64,000 nt of DNA from the NCBI GenBank assembly GCA_028534125.1, contig CM052852.1:94302001-94366000 (forward strand). Direction: 5' to 3'. Shown in pieces: positions 49,564 to 62,184 of this stretch (within the stretch, counting starts at the first letter, position 1; each line of letters starts with the position of its first letter). The notes below the pieces were generated by a model. It ran no database searches, was not told the origin of the DNA, and worked only from the letters and a program-made list of their open reading frames with translations. The position numbers and the translations under genes are program-made. Source of the DNA: Lama glama. Its lineage: Eukaryota.

Positions 49564-52500
49564 CAGTTACACATTTTTTAACCTCAGTGTACCATCTAGA
49601 CACTGTCCAGAGCTCAGTGCACATTATATATACACTTTGTTTAGAAGACTAAACCAAAGAGCAGATATTTGGACTTTGCATGTGTGACACACAGACAGAA
49701 GCCTCAGCAGTACAGAGGCGGATATTTCCAATTCTGAATCCAAGAGATTCAGAAGAGAATAGGATTGGGAATCAGGCCTCGAATCTATTGAATAGTCTCC
49801 GAACTAGGGTGTGGTCAAAGTCCTCTCCAATCTCTGTGTTTACACTCATACGCTGCTGTGATTTGCATTTCTCTTTCAGCCCTGCTGGGGACTCTGAGTT
49901 CCCCACAGCCTCCATCGTGGCTGAGAACCGCTAGCTGATTCTAACTAGGGAATGTCACCAGAAAAAAAAACTTCCCCTTTTTACATTCCAAATGCATAGT
50001 GAGGAGGAATTAATAGCAGTTTAAGTATATGAAGAGATTTGTCAACAAAAGAAAATGATTACTTGGTATGTTTAATGCTTAGAATAAAATGACTATTATG
50101 TGGCTCTTTCTCAAAAACATCCACCGTCTCATGGATTGGTCAGCGGGTGTTAAGTATGAATGGCGTCTTCTGTAAACTCTCATTCTACTTATAAACCAGG
50201 GAGGCAGTGTGCCTACAGGGTCACATAGCCAAGTCTTCCTGATCCGTGTTCTTACTTCTTGGCATTTTTCTGTAATTTTATGAAATATTTTAATATGACA
50301 AATTCACTTCAATTACACAGTCATTATAAGTTTTGCCAAGGTTGAGTATGGATCGTTTTGTGTTCATTAGAGCACAAAATTAGAATTTTCATTGCTGCAA
50401 CTGTAAACACTGTTTGGCTCAAAGGAATCAAGCGTTTTCTCATAAAATCTTGGATAACTGATAATTGGTATTTTCCCTGTTTTCCAGCATATTTTAATTT
50501 TTTGGAAACTATTTTCTGCTTTCCCTCCCTTGGTATATTTCTTTTGGCCTGGGAGTTGCATAAGTGGTTCTCTTCCAAAAGGATGGCGTGGCACATAGTG
50601 CGTGGACTAGCGGCACGTGACAGCCGTCCCCAGAGTCTGGAGCAAGAGAATAAATTCTTTCTTTCATTTTCTCAGCTTTAGTTGGCCCAAAGTCTGGCAG
50701 TTAGACCTGAGTAAGTCTGGAAAAACCATCTGGCACACCTACATCTGTTCTCACATTTGCCAATCAGGATTTATCAAAAATCAATGGCTCCAAAGCATGA
50801 AGCTCTTAAGAGGTGCTAATTTGTGGCTGAAGAATCATTCAAATGCCACGCCATTCGGTCCTCATGGAGTATAGTTTCAGTTTGGGGGAATTCAGTGAAT
50901 CTGTTTCATCTTGCTTTCTTGTTTTTTCTGGAAAAAGAAGAAAAAGTAGTAAGTAGTTCATATCTAAGGACTCTCTTTTCCCTCCCTTTGTCTTTCCAGA
51001 TAGTGGAATGACTTTGCCAAGGGGGTTTCGATAACCTCAGTGCTGTTTACTAATGGGCACTCAGACATCCCTGCTCTCTTCCCAGTTCATGGGATGTCCT
51101 CGGCAGAACACCAATACTTGGTTCTAAATCATTTCCCACTTGCCGCCCCTGTGCTCCAAGCCTCTGCCCGCCACTCAGAGGGGGTCATCTATGAAGAAGC
51201 CCCACGCTCCTCCCTCTGCACCGGCCCAGGAGAGAGGGCATTCATTATTCATGGTGACACTTGCTCTTTGCCAAGGTATACTCTGCTTCAAACTCAAAAC
51301 AGCTCGTTGGCTTGTGGGATCCAACAGCCATGGGCGGAGGAACAAGTTTATTATGGGAAGCACATGACTCTGCCAGATTTCGCTAACAGATTCTGAAGCC
51401 AGAGCAAGCAATTGGCTGGCGCTCTTTGTGCATTAATGTCCTTTGGCCCTCACCGTGCTCATTGTTACACAGGTGCCCCTTATAAAGCACAGAGACATTT
51501 TTCAGACAATAAAACAAATCATACCTTTCACATCCCAACCACTATAGGGAGCTGACGCCTCAAAACCAAATCTATACCATCATGGCCCATGTGCAATAGA
51601 CTAAATTATCATTCGATGCAATTATAGATTGCTTTTTATCAGTCTGTAGATTTGGGGATTGAAATGGTTTCCTTTTGTACCTCATAGGCTTAGCACGAGA
51701 GCTTTTGCCCCCAAATTACCAAAAGCGCCTTATTAAGAGCTGGTTTCCCTAATGGCGCCGTCCTTCAGTATTACCTCTCGGGGCAGCTTTATGATGCGGG
51801 CATAGTAAACTCTACTCCTGTTTGCTGAAATTTGGAATCTGAAACAGCAAACCATGTCAAACTCACTTGTAAGTAAAAACAAAGTATGTGTGATAGATAA
51901 AATATAGGCATGTGTTAAAAATCGCGGTGTGTGTGAGCAGAGTTGAACAGGGTCCCATGGATAGAGCCCATGGAATCAAAACCTACTTCAGCTCCTAAGA
52001 GAACACATGGTTATTTGCTGTGTAGGACACGGATAGTCTTTGCCTCAAAGGGTTTTCTTCTCTGCTAGGAAAGGCACAGGGCACCAAATACTGCCTCTCA
52101 CAGGGTCCCGTCTCACTTTCTAAATCCAACCAAAAGCTTATCTGATGGCATGTGTTTATGAGGCTGGTGAGTGTCTAGACCTTCGAGGGAAGAGGACTGT
52201 TTGTGTGTAGTGTTTGTTATGGAAAAGGAAGTTAGGGCTGATTCTCTGGGGCTGTTTTCCTTTCCTGAAAAAGTAGAATATGTCAAAATGGAGCCACAGC
52301 TGAGACTGTGGCAGTGGCCGGCAGATAAATGGGGCCTAATTACATTTAAGCCTGAAGTTCTATTGACATAAATAACATTAGTGATGATCAACATATTTTA
52401 GATTTTTCTGGAAAAAGTGAATTGAATCTCACCTTTAGACAGATGGAGCAGTCTCAAATCTTCTTAGTAGAGTGGAGGGCTGATGATGGGAACTCAAAAT

Positions 52501-53819
52501 ATTAAACTCTTTTATTGTGTGCACTTTGATTTGTTTCAGGGGCATAATTCATGACCAGAGATAGCGATTAAACCTGTCAGCTAATGAAAGGAGATAAGTG
52601 AGATTTGTAAAAAAAAAATCCATCATGTATGTATACGTGTGAGCATCTGCCTGTGCGCATACGTTCTTTTAGCAAATGTCAATTTTCTGTCACCGAAGGC
52701 AAACCTGTTTAGCTTCAGGGTTCTTACTTGTGTCTCATGCCGTCCACCTAGAGAAACAATGCTGGATTTCTATGGGATGATGAAGACGGAGGTAACCTGA
52801 ACAGTTAGTATATCTTCCAGGGAAAGCATTCTGCATGATTTGATGCACTCAAATGGAAATGTGTTGAGGCTGTACTCTGCTGGACACTGAAGGGGATGCC
52901 AAAATGAGGAAGCCAACACCTGCCCACAGGGGCAATTGGAGCTTTGCTGTAGGGGGTGGAGGGGAGTTCAGATACACAGATGCTTCCACTGTTGGACAGA
53001 TGCCAATCCAAGTGTGATACAGAATAATTTTTGAAAATGTTAGCATGAAATCCAGCCTCCCCCCAAATCCTGCTGGTTCCAACAACCTTTGGGTCATGTG
53101 GGCGTCCTCTGCTTCTGTTGAGTTCTAATTTCTGTGCTCTCTCCATCTCAGATTTTACCAGAAGCTTCTTCAAAGGCTGAATATCAACACCCAGCATGAT
53201 CTATTCAATAAGTAAACGCATATAACAGGACACTTGCACACACATCCAAACCGAATCATTCCACAGACACTGCTAAGAAGTAGATCTGCATGATACTAGA
53301 TTGAATTATATTAACAGTTGGCTTTTAAGAGTAGCTGTCTGCTTTGCCTCCATTTCCTCCTGAATCAAATGAAAGAGGGGATGGCATGGGCTCTAAGGCT
53401 CCGGGCAGCTCTCATCCTTTCTCATCTATGAATTCCTTCTGCTGATGTGTAGCTTCCTGTCAGTGAACAGCCATAGGGATACATTTGAGGATGTCTAGTT
53501 GTTTCATCTCACATTTTAAAGATACCCTCTTAAGGACACAGTATTATCATCTCTACATTTTAGAAAAAATTAGAAAAATCGGAAAAACGATTTGAACTTT
53601 TTAACCAATATATAAAGGGGAAGTGCCTAGCACACAGTAGGCATTTAATATTGGTTTAGGCGAACAGGTGCAAGAAATATTAAAGGACAACATTTCTACA
53701 GTGTGTCACACACATACTTGTCCCACGGGATGCTAGTAGGTCACCTACTTGGCAAAATTCTGGCTGCTGGCACTGTCCTCGGGAGTCCAGGTCCTCTGTG
53801 AGGCTTTCAAAGAACCCAA

Positions 53820-53990
53820 GGCACAGTCTGGAGAAGTGAAGGGTCTGGGTTCAAATCCTAACCCTGCTCCTCCCCACTGGGTAACTTTGAGCAAATTGCT
53901 TCACCTCTCTTTGCCTCCCTTTCCTCATCTGTAAAATGGGAATGATAGGACCCGCTTTATAGGCTGCAATGGAGATGAAATGATGCTCTC
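53820..53990 (+). mobile_element. MIR SINE
   Basis: tctgggttcaaatcct...tttcctcatctgtaaaatgggaatgata. Confidence 0.88.
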
Positions 53991-55469
53991 TATGACGTTC
54001 GTCCCTGTGCTGGAAAGCCTACCGGCTGGGTTCAGTGTCAAGAGCTCCAGAGCCTTAGTTTCCTTATTTCTAAAATGACATAATTCCTCCTATCATGGAT
54101 ATAAAATCCCTGGCATATGGTAAGTGCTGGATAAACATCTGCTGAATCTGCTGGATGCAGGTTCTGAGTGCACTTGCCACAAAAGCAAGCCACAGTTTAG
54201 CAGATCAGAGATTTCTAGTATTTTCCTTGCCTTGTCTTGCAGCTCTGCTGCTTCCCATGTACTGTGCATTTATGTCAAGAGTAAGTCCAGGGGCAGAGCG
54301 GCATCAAGACTGTACTGGAAGTTCCATTTTTGTTCTAAACTTGCTACAGCATAAAAGAAAATAACAGACTACGTGTTGGCGTCCTTTGCCAAAAGCAGCC
54401 TAGCCACATCGAAGTCTGACAATTCTATTTATTCGGTCTCTTTTGAGATGAAAAGGGTGAGTTGAAATTCTCCCACTCTGCTTCACGCTGGTTGCATGAG
54501 CTCCTCACTCCTGACACCGGCCGAACAATGGTGTGACTCGGGAGGGGGGCACCCCCTCAAGTCGCCTCACCCTTCCTATGCAAAGCAGAAAGGGGAGTCG
54601 TTAAAGTTCATACGAGTCACTCTTGTTGAGGCTGTATGAGGGAATCAGTTCCATCCCGGAGCTGAGATGGAAGTCGTCATGAAGGCCGTGCTTTCTAAAT
54701 GAAGATGTAGCATATGGAGAATGCGGAGTGGAATTTATAGCTCGTAATTATAGAGGATACGGGGTAGAGGCCATCTTGCTGGTGTTCGCAGCCATCCACT
54801 CCTTCCCACATCAAAGCCTTGCCAAATTGCAGTGACCTCCTTGCCATCTCCCCAGCGACCGACTCCCGCATACCACTTCAATCCATATTCATTGATTTTT
54901 GTTGTTCAAATGGAAGCTTATTGGTGGATCTACTGGGGTGACCTCTTAGAATAAAACAGCCTTGGTGTCACATGGAAAGTGCAGCTGACATGTTCTTCCC
55001 TGGCGCTCTAATCGAAAAGCACACGGAGCATTCAGCTGGTGCCCTCCTCCCAGTTCTGTTTCCTCCCAGATAATTTAAGATTCTCCAACCCTGAGACCTA
55101 AGGTCTCATTTTCTCTAGTGATTGTGCTTGAAGTTGTGGGGTTTTTTAATGCATTCTAGTGATCGGTTTACCTTTCGGTGCTGCTTTGAGTAATGTTGAG
55201 TTTTTTTTTTTTATGGCATGCTTGAGACTTACACTTTTCAATTTATCCAGAGGACTAATAGACTCTGGAAGGGAGGGAAATTGGGACCTTGAACATAGAC
55301 ATTAGGAATAGCTACTAATGCTCTGGCTCGAGAATTCTTTAGAAAAAGAGAGTATGACTGAGACAGGGTTCAAGGTAGGGAACATGTCTTTGCAGAGACC
55401 TTACGGCAGTCAGGCCAATAAGGTGCATCATTTTCCTATTTAAATAAATGACTCTACTACCACCAATCA

Positions 55470-55608
55470 TTCTTCACATTTTACTTTCTTCTCTCCCCTT
55501 CCTCTCTTTGATTAAGTTTTCTCTTCCTTTTTCCTCTCTGCCTGCCTTCCCTCTCTCTTACCTGTTTCCTCACAGTCCTCCCTTCTCTTTCCTTTCCTTG
55601 TCCTCCAG
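55470..55608 (+). repeat. ~130-nt CT-rich low-complexity polypyrimidine tract
   Basis: Seen directly; it ends in ...ccttgtcctccag. Confidence 0.9.
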
Positions 55609-56959
55609 GACTCAGACTCAAGCTCCTTCTCATTACACTGTGGTCTGTAGAACAAAAGCAAAGATGACTGGAAGGCTGGACTGGAGGTGAGGGGCCTCTG
55701 AGTAGTCTCTTGCATTTGGTTATTATTTTGAGCACTAACCAGCAATTCAGTCACAGGCAAAGAGGGACCTCGTGTTCGCATCCCAGACAGATGTTGGCTT
55801 CTTTCGTGGAGGGTCATGAAAAATGTTTACCACGAAAGTGCTGCCAAACTCCCTACTTTAGTAGACTGAACAAATGATGTTATAATGTTTCTATATATTC
55901 ACGGTTAAATTGCACCTCGTTTGAACATAACAATATTGGGGAAGGAATTACTAAGGAGACCGAATTGTCATTTTTTCCGGCAGTCTTTCCATGTGCTGAG
56001 TTTATGAGATGAATGCCAAGATGATTAGGGATTGTCCTTGTATTCCAGAACATACAAATGGTACCCAGCATCTCCTCCATGGAAGCTTTGGCTCTGTTTT
56101 TCATAAGCTTCCCACTCTGTTCATATACAGTACTGTATCTTAAATATAAACCTATCATCAGGTTCAGCAAATCAATACCGTAAGAGTGTGAAATGGTNNN
56201 NNNNNNNNNNNNNNNNNNNNNNNNNNNNNNNNNNNNNNNNNNNNNNNNNNNNNNNNNNNNNNNNNNNNNNNNNNNNNNNNNNNNNNNNNNNNNNNNNNNN
56301 NNNNNNNNNNNNNNNNNNNNNNNNNNNNNNNNNNNNNNNNNNNNNNNNNNNNNNNNNNNNNAAGAAAGAGGAAAATTGCAAAGCAATTTGTGGTTATAGC
56401 TTTTTCTGTCAATTCTATTGGGATTTAAAACTTGTAAAAGGTAGAAACTTCTGCCAGCTTACATTATGTCGAGAGAGTGTGGAACTGGAATCATAGCAGC
56501 CAAACAAACAGCAATTATTTGAAGCCAATAAAGCCTTTATTAACTTCAAAGGAATTAGTAGTCCTTGGGTTCATTTAGCCACAGAACGGGAAGCTGCCAC
56601 CCAAGATCATTTGTCAGGAACAAATTTGGGAGTCATCCCAGGATGTTGCATTTACATCTTTTAAAAATAATTTTGCAGTGAGGGATGAGTGGTTGGAGGT
56701 AGAGTAGATGAGAGCGGGGGGTGTGCTTTCGGGAGCCCGCACAGCTCCGAGGTTGCAAGATGCTGCCCACAGGCCGGCCGGGCTTGGCGTTTCCTGCTGT
56801 GACACAGCCTGCCTTGTCCACTGTTTCCGGCTCTGCGCAGCCAGCCCGCCTTCTGAAAGCCATGGCAGCAACGACTGCTGTCTGTGCTGAGCGCCCGCTG
56901 GGCCTGGCACAGTCTATTCATCATCTCTAATTAGTTCAGCAACTCTGCAAGGCCTCGTC

Positions 56960-57050
56960 CTCTCCCTGCAGACGAGGAAACTGAGGCTTAGAAAGGTTAA
57001 TTAACAGTGGCCGAGAATGCAGCCCAGAGTTGCCTGGGTTCCCCAGCTGG
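56960..57050 (-). mobile_element. MIR core
   Basis: gcagacgaggaaactgaggcttagaaaggttaa. Confidence 0.75.
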
Positions 57051-60000
57051 GATCTTGCCGGGGCTCCAGGCTCCTCCTCTAGCTGATAAGTCACTCGACG
57101 GCCAGAGCCACACACCTTACACCTTGTCCTCCTCGGGGGACTCGCTGTTACTGCACTGAGATCCAATCGCCGAGTTCTCCCAGACTGGAGACGGGAGCTG
57201 ACAGGTCTCCCGGCTGTGTACCATCCTGCACTTCTTGGGCGGGCTCTAAATTAATCTCTCCAAACAGTAAGAAAACTAGTTAGATTACAATTCTGAGTCT
57301 TTCAGCCTGAGTCTTTGATTCACTGTTGATTACAAGCTAATGCACAGCCCATCTACCCAGGGTTTTATTTTCATCTGAGCAATGAAAGTAGTTGCTGGTC
57401 TCCCCTCAGTTAATGTTTCTCTTTGAAGTGCAGCCCTCCACTGATGAAGATACGTGAAGTGAAATTCCATCCTGCTGTACGCAGTCAGATTTCTTCAAAG
57501 TAATATAAAGTAATGCCGCCTCTTTTAATATCATTAAAAAACCTGACATCTCATAGTTACCTGTAGGTTGCCGTGTAGCCGAGGCAGGCATCCTGGCCTG
57601 TTTGTACTGCTGTGATTCACTGGCACACTTGACTTAAATGGCAAAACAGATGCCACCGGGTGCCCTTGTCATGTGTCTCTATCTAAAGTCGCCTTTCTGA
57701 GACCAGACAGATGTCTGTTTCTGTGTTTAGTAGAAGCTCCATTCATCCTGGTCTGTGCTAGGCCGGAAGCCAGGCCGGGATCCCGGGCCCAGTGGCTGTA
57801 TCCCCTTTCCTGGCCTACAAAACCAAAGGTGATGAGAGACCCAGATCCATAGGTAGTCCAGAAGTGTTCTGGAAGTTCCCAGCCTGGCCTCACAGCCACC
57901 TTCTGCCGGGCCCTACCACACGGGTCACGCCCAAGTGCAGGAAGTGGATGAGCGCGCGCTGCCTGGACCGCTTCAAGGCGCAAGGCCAGCACAGCTTACC
58001 TGCGTGTGCCACTCGGCATCACGGCCTCAGTCGGAGCTCGGCCAAGAAAAGACGGGTCAGACAGACCCGGGCCATCTTGACACCGCTGCGTACTAGCTCC
58101 GTGGCCTTGAATTAGTCTCGTTTCCTGCAGGGCCATCAGTTTCTTCATTGGCCCATGGGGATAAGGATCTCTGCCCTGGCTCCTTCACAAGGTTGCCTCA
58201 GGAACAAGAGAGAATGTTCTTTGTCCAAATGATGCGTGAAGTGTAAGAAGCAATAAACTTACATGAGATGATACTCCTCGTACATTGGCCAAAGGGGTGG
58301 CTCAAACAGCAGGCCTCCACAAGTCCTACAATAGACATGAAGAAGGGGCCCAGGAAACGTCTGGAAGCCTTTCACCTTGGACCACACCAGCAACTCTCAG
58401 CAGCAGGAGAGCAAAAGCAAATGTGAAGGCCCTGGTCGGGGTTGGAGTCATGCGGGGCCCTGCCATTTCTGGAACTCCTCAGGGGCTAGCGGGAGGCCTC
58501 TGTGCCGCAGAGCCAGCCTGGACCACTGTGACCTGACTGGTCATTCCTTCCCCAGCCCGGAAGCTGGTTCGCTTCAGGTAGCCAGGGCCAGTCAGCGGCA
58601 GTGCTGGGCCTGCAGGTCACCTGCTCTGTCCTCCATCCTCACTCGCCCCTGGCGTTCTCACCTGCAAATTTCAACTGCATGCGGCCCAAACCACATCCCC
58701 CCATCACCAGCAAGGCAAGGACTCTGCGGCCTCGGGCTCGTGGAACTGGAGGAGTGTCTGTCACCTCGTGAGTCACTTCCCTGCAGCCGATGCGGGTTTA
58801 AATAACACAGTGCTCCTGGCCCCCTGGCCGCTAGGGCGGCGCTATTTCTGCACCTACTGCTGGCTTGACTTCAGGCGGGGGCTCTCGGGATGAGGGAAAT
58901 TTTTGCAAACTGCCACTGCCTCTGAGTGATGGGCTTCATTCACTTCATCGAAGGCTGCACATGCTTTACAAGTGGTTGTGCTAATATGAGAGTGTAAGAA
59001 TTCACGTGCAAGCCGTGGTTGTGATTTGCATTCTCGACCCTGAGCTAGTTCACACGCCCTGTCTATGGCAGGGCATTGATACTTCAAACAATGCCTCTGC
59101 CTCTTAGAGCAAAAGGGAAGAAAAATTGCGGAGGTTTCAATAGCCTTTATCGCCCATTTATCAGAGTGGTACAGTTATAAATAGCACTTCTCCAATTAAT
59201 TGGTGGCCTTAGTCATTATGTGAACACAAACCACACCAAGCTAGCATCTCCTAATTTCCATGTCTTGCACTACTTTTATCATCTATAATGGCTGACTTTA
59301 TTGAAATAAACTTATTAACATGACTCAGAAAGACGAAGGTAAATTATCTTGCTGTCTCTTTTAATAAGAGGAAGGCTGAAATGCATGTTTTTTTTTTTAC
59401 CCTGTGGCAAATGTTGGGCCATACTTGGACTGGGGGTGGGGTTCTGTTTCTGAAAGTGCATTAGTAAGTCATCTGTGGACTGGTTGAGCATTCGGGAACT
59501 AGCTCAGAACAGTATTATGGGAAGGATCCACTTCAACAGGAAAGGAGAGGCTGTCACAGTGTGTTCATCCTTAAACTCAATCATTTGTGGCATTCACTGG
59601 CTATTTCTATAGAACTGGGGCTGAATTTCTATCTTCCTTGCTACAGTTACGGCTGCTATCAGGGAACACGACTTAGACCGAAGTCCTCCTCTGTATGGCC
59701 AGTATATATTAGGCACCACTGGGAGCCAAGAGACTAGCACTCTCCCACCAAAGCTGCCCGGCACCCCTTCTGTCTCTGCGCCCCAGTTTACCCTGCTGTC
59801 AAGCCAGAGGAATGGACGGGACAATTCTCCAAGTCCAACTCTCAAATCTTCCGTGTGACTATTATCAGTTTGGATGTGCTTCCAAGGCCGGCTCCTATGT
59901 GACTGAAGGTAGCAGAGGTAGAGACTGGGTATGGCAGGGGGCCACTTAATCTCCTGAGGATTTTCCAGGTAAAAACAAGTGAGGGTTATTCGTGGTTTCT

Positions 60001-60099
60001 TGGGGTGGCTCAGAGGCCACTGCTCTTCCATAGGTTTGGAAAGAATGAGCTGTGTGGGCGTCTGCTGCTCTTTCTCGTTCCCTGCTGCATTGTGGGAAC

Positions 60100-60390
60100 A
60101 GCTCTGGAGTCAGGCCAGCCTGGAGCTGACCACTAGCTCTTCCAGTGAGTAGCCGTGTGAGCTTAGGCAAGCTTACTTAAGTTGCCCGAGTCTCGGTGTC
60201 TTGGAAGCTGGACCCAGCTGCATACACTATAGAGAACCTTCCTTGCCCACCGCACAACATCAGACACATACATTTCCTCCATCTGGTTGGGTTCAACTGG
60301 GTCCCATCTCTTCAGAGAACTACTGTGAGGACTGCAGTAACGTGTCAAGTACTCAGCCCATGGCACCGAGTAGTTGCTCAATAAACAAGC
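60100..60390 (+). mobile_element. MIR SINE with an internal insertion
   Basis: gctctggagtcag...tagccgtgtgagcttaggcaag...tggcaccgagtagttgctcaataaa. Confidence 0.7.
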
Positions 60391-60484
60391 ACTCTTAGTC
60401 CTCATACCTGTTGTTACTGGTTTACTTTGTCGGTCATGGAATCCACCAACATGACCTAATTCACAAAACCCACACTTACATTTT

Positions 60485-61420
60485 TTCGCATTCAGGCATG
60501 CATTTGTGCATCAAATATTTATGGACTACCCACTAGGTGCCAGGCACTGTTCTAGGAGCTAGAGATACAGCAGGAAACAAAGCAACCCAAAGCTCTGCCC
60601 CTAGTGGACTTTATATGTTATTGGGTGGAGACAGACGATAAATGACATAAATATGTATGATAACATACGTTGGAAGATGGTAAGTGCTGTGGGGAGAAAT
60701 CGGGGGAGAGTGCTAGAGAGGGATGGAGTAGAGTTGTGGTTTTCAATAGGGTGGTCAGGGAGGCCTCACTGAGAGCTGGCATGTGAACAAAGATCTAAAG
60801 GAAACAAGGGAATGAGCACCGCAGAGATTTGGTGGGGAAGAAGGATAGCATGTGCAAAGGCCCTGAGACATGCAGGTATTTGGTGTCGCTGGAAGCAGTA
60901 AAGCGGATAGTTCAGTTGAAGCAAAGTAAGTAAGAGCAAGAATGTTAAAAGAGGGCGCCAGCATGTTCACTGGGAACCATTGTACAAAAGCTGGTAGGCC
61001 ATGGGAAAGACTTTGGTTCTGACTCTGAGCTGGGAGCCACTAGAGATTTTGAGTGGAGAAGAGATCAGATCTGATTTACGTCATAATAGGATCACAGTAT
61101 GGCTGAGAAGTGACTATGAGGGTCAGGGGTGGAAGCAGAGGAAACGTTCTGTAAGCAGACTACTGCCGAGCTAGGTGAGAATGGTGGGGACTTGGACCAG
61201 GGCGGTGGTGGTGAGGGTGATGGAGAGGGGTTGGATCCGAGACCTATTTTGAAGGGAGAACTGGTAAGATTTGCTGATGGGTTGATTGAATGGAGATACG
61301 AAAAAAAATATACAAGTCAAAAATGAGTCCAAGATTTTTAGCCTGCGATTCCAAGATTTTTAGCCTATGATTCCAGTATTTTTAGACTGAGCACTTGGAA
61401 AAAATGCTATTGCTATTAAC
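60485..61420 (-). mobile_element. L2a fragment (~0.9 kb)
   Basis: caaatatttat...gtgccaggcactgttctagg...gggtggtcagggaggcctc...atttgctgatgg. Confidence 0.88.
61325..61390. repeat. 3 x 22-bp tandem repeat inside L2
   Basis: gagtccaagatttttagcctgc / gattccaagatttttagcctat / gattccagtatttttagactga. Confidence 0.9.
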
Positions 61421-61593
61421 TTTATAATTCTTAATAATCATTATTGACAGCATGATAACAATGGACCATATGGAAATATCTGAATAATTTTTCTAATACA
61501 TGGACTGGGAGAATGTTAGTTCCTTACTATCTTTCTAACGCCAACATTGAAGGGGAGATGTCCGAAAGAAATAAGGACATTTTTCTCTCAAGT

Positions 61594-61695
61594 CAGTGGC
61601 TCTCACATGTGGACGTACAGCAGAGTCACCTATGAAGACTGTTAAGAAATCTAGATATAAGGTGACCCCCGAACCTATGGAATCAGATTCTCTGC
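61594..61695. mobile_element. MER5-like hAT fragment
   Basis: cagtggctctca...cagagtcacct...gaatcagattctctg. Confidence 0.6.
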
Positions 61696-62184
61696 TTTAA
61701 GCACATACACACATATAGTTACACACACCATGTTGTCACTGTCATGTTTTTATGCCATTGAGTCAGTCAAATGCCTGGTTTGTGGCTGATAACTAACCAG
61801 CTTTCAAAATAAAATAACTGGTTGTTTTAAATAAAATACTTTCCCTCTGGGTTTTCTGCATTCATCAGCTCCAAAACAAAATGGCCCCCCGATCTTACCA
61901 ACATAGGGATTTAGGACTTTGATTGACTCACTAATACGACCTTCAGTTTGCTGAACATACTTCTGATTGGTCTCAGTTCCTCTACTGACAATTCAGAGAT
62001 GGATTGCAGATTCCCAAGATCCTGTACAGCTGTATGATTCTGTGGTACTATGATTCTGCTCTGTTATTATGAAATTGTTATTAGAAGGCCATTTGCCTCT
62101 TAAAACTGGGTATTGACAAAACCAGAAACCTCAGTGGTGGACATTTTACTTAAATTACACATTGGAATTCATCCCAAGTCACTT

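Noticed and set aside
61325-61390. CRISPR-like array
   Set aside because: The repeats are head-to-tail with no spacers, sit inside a mammalian L2, and no cas genes are present.
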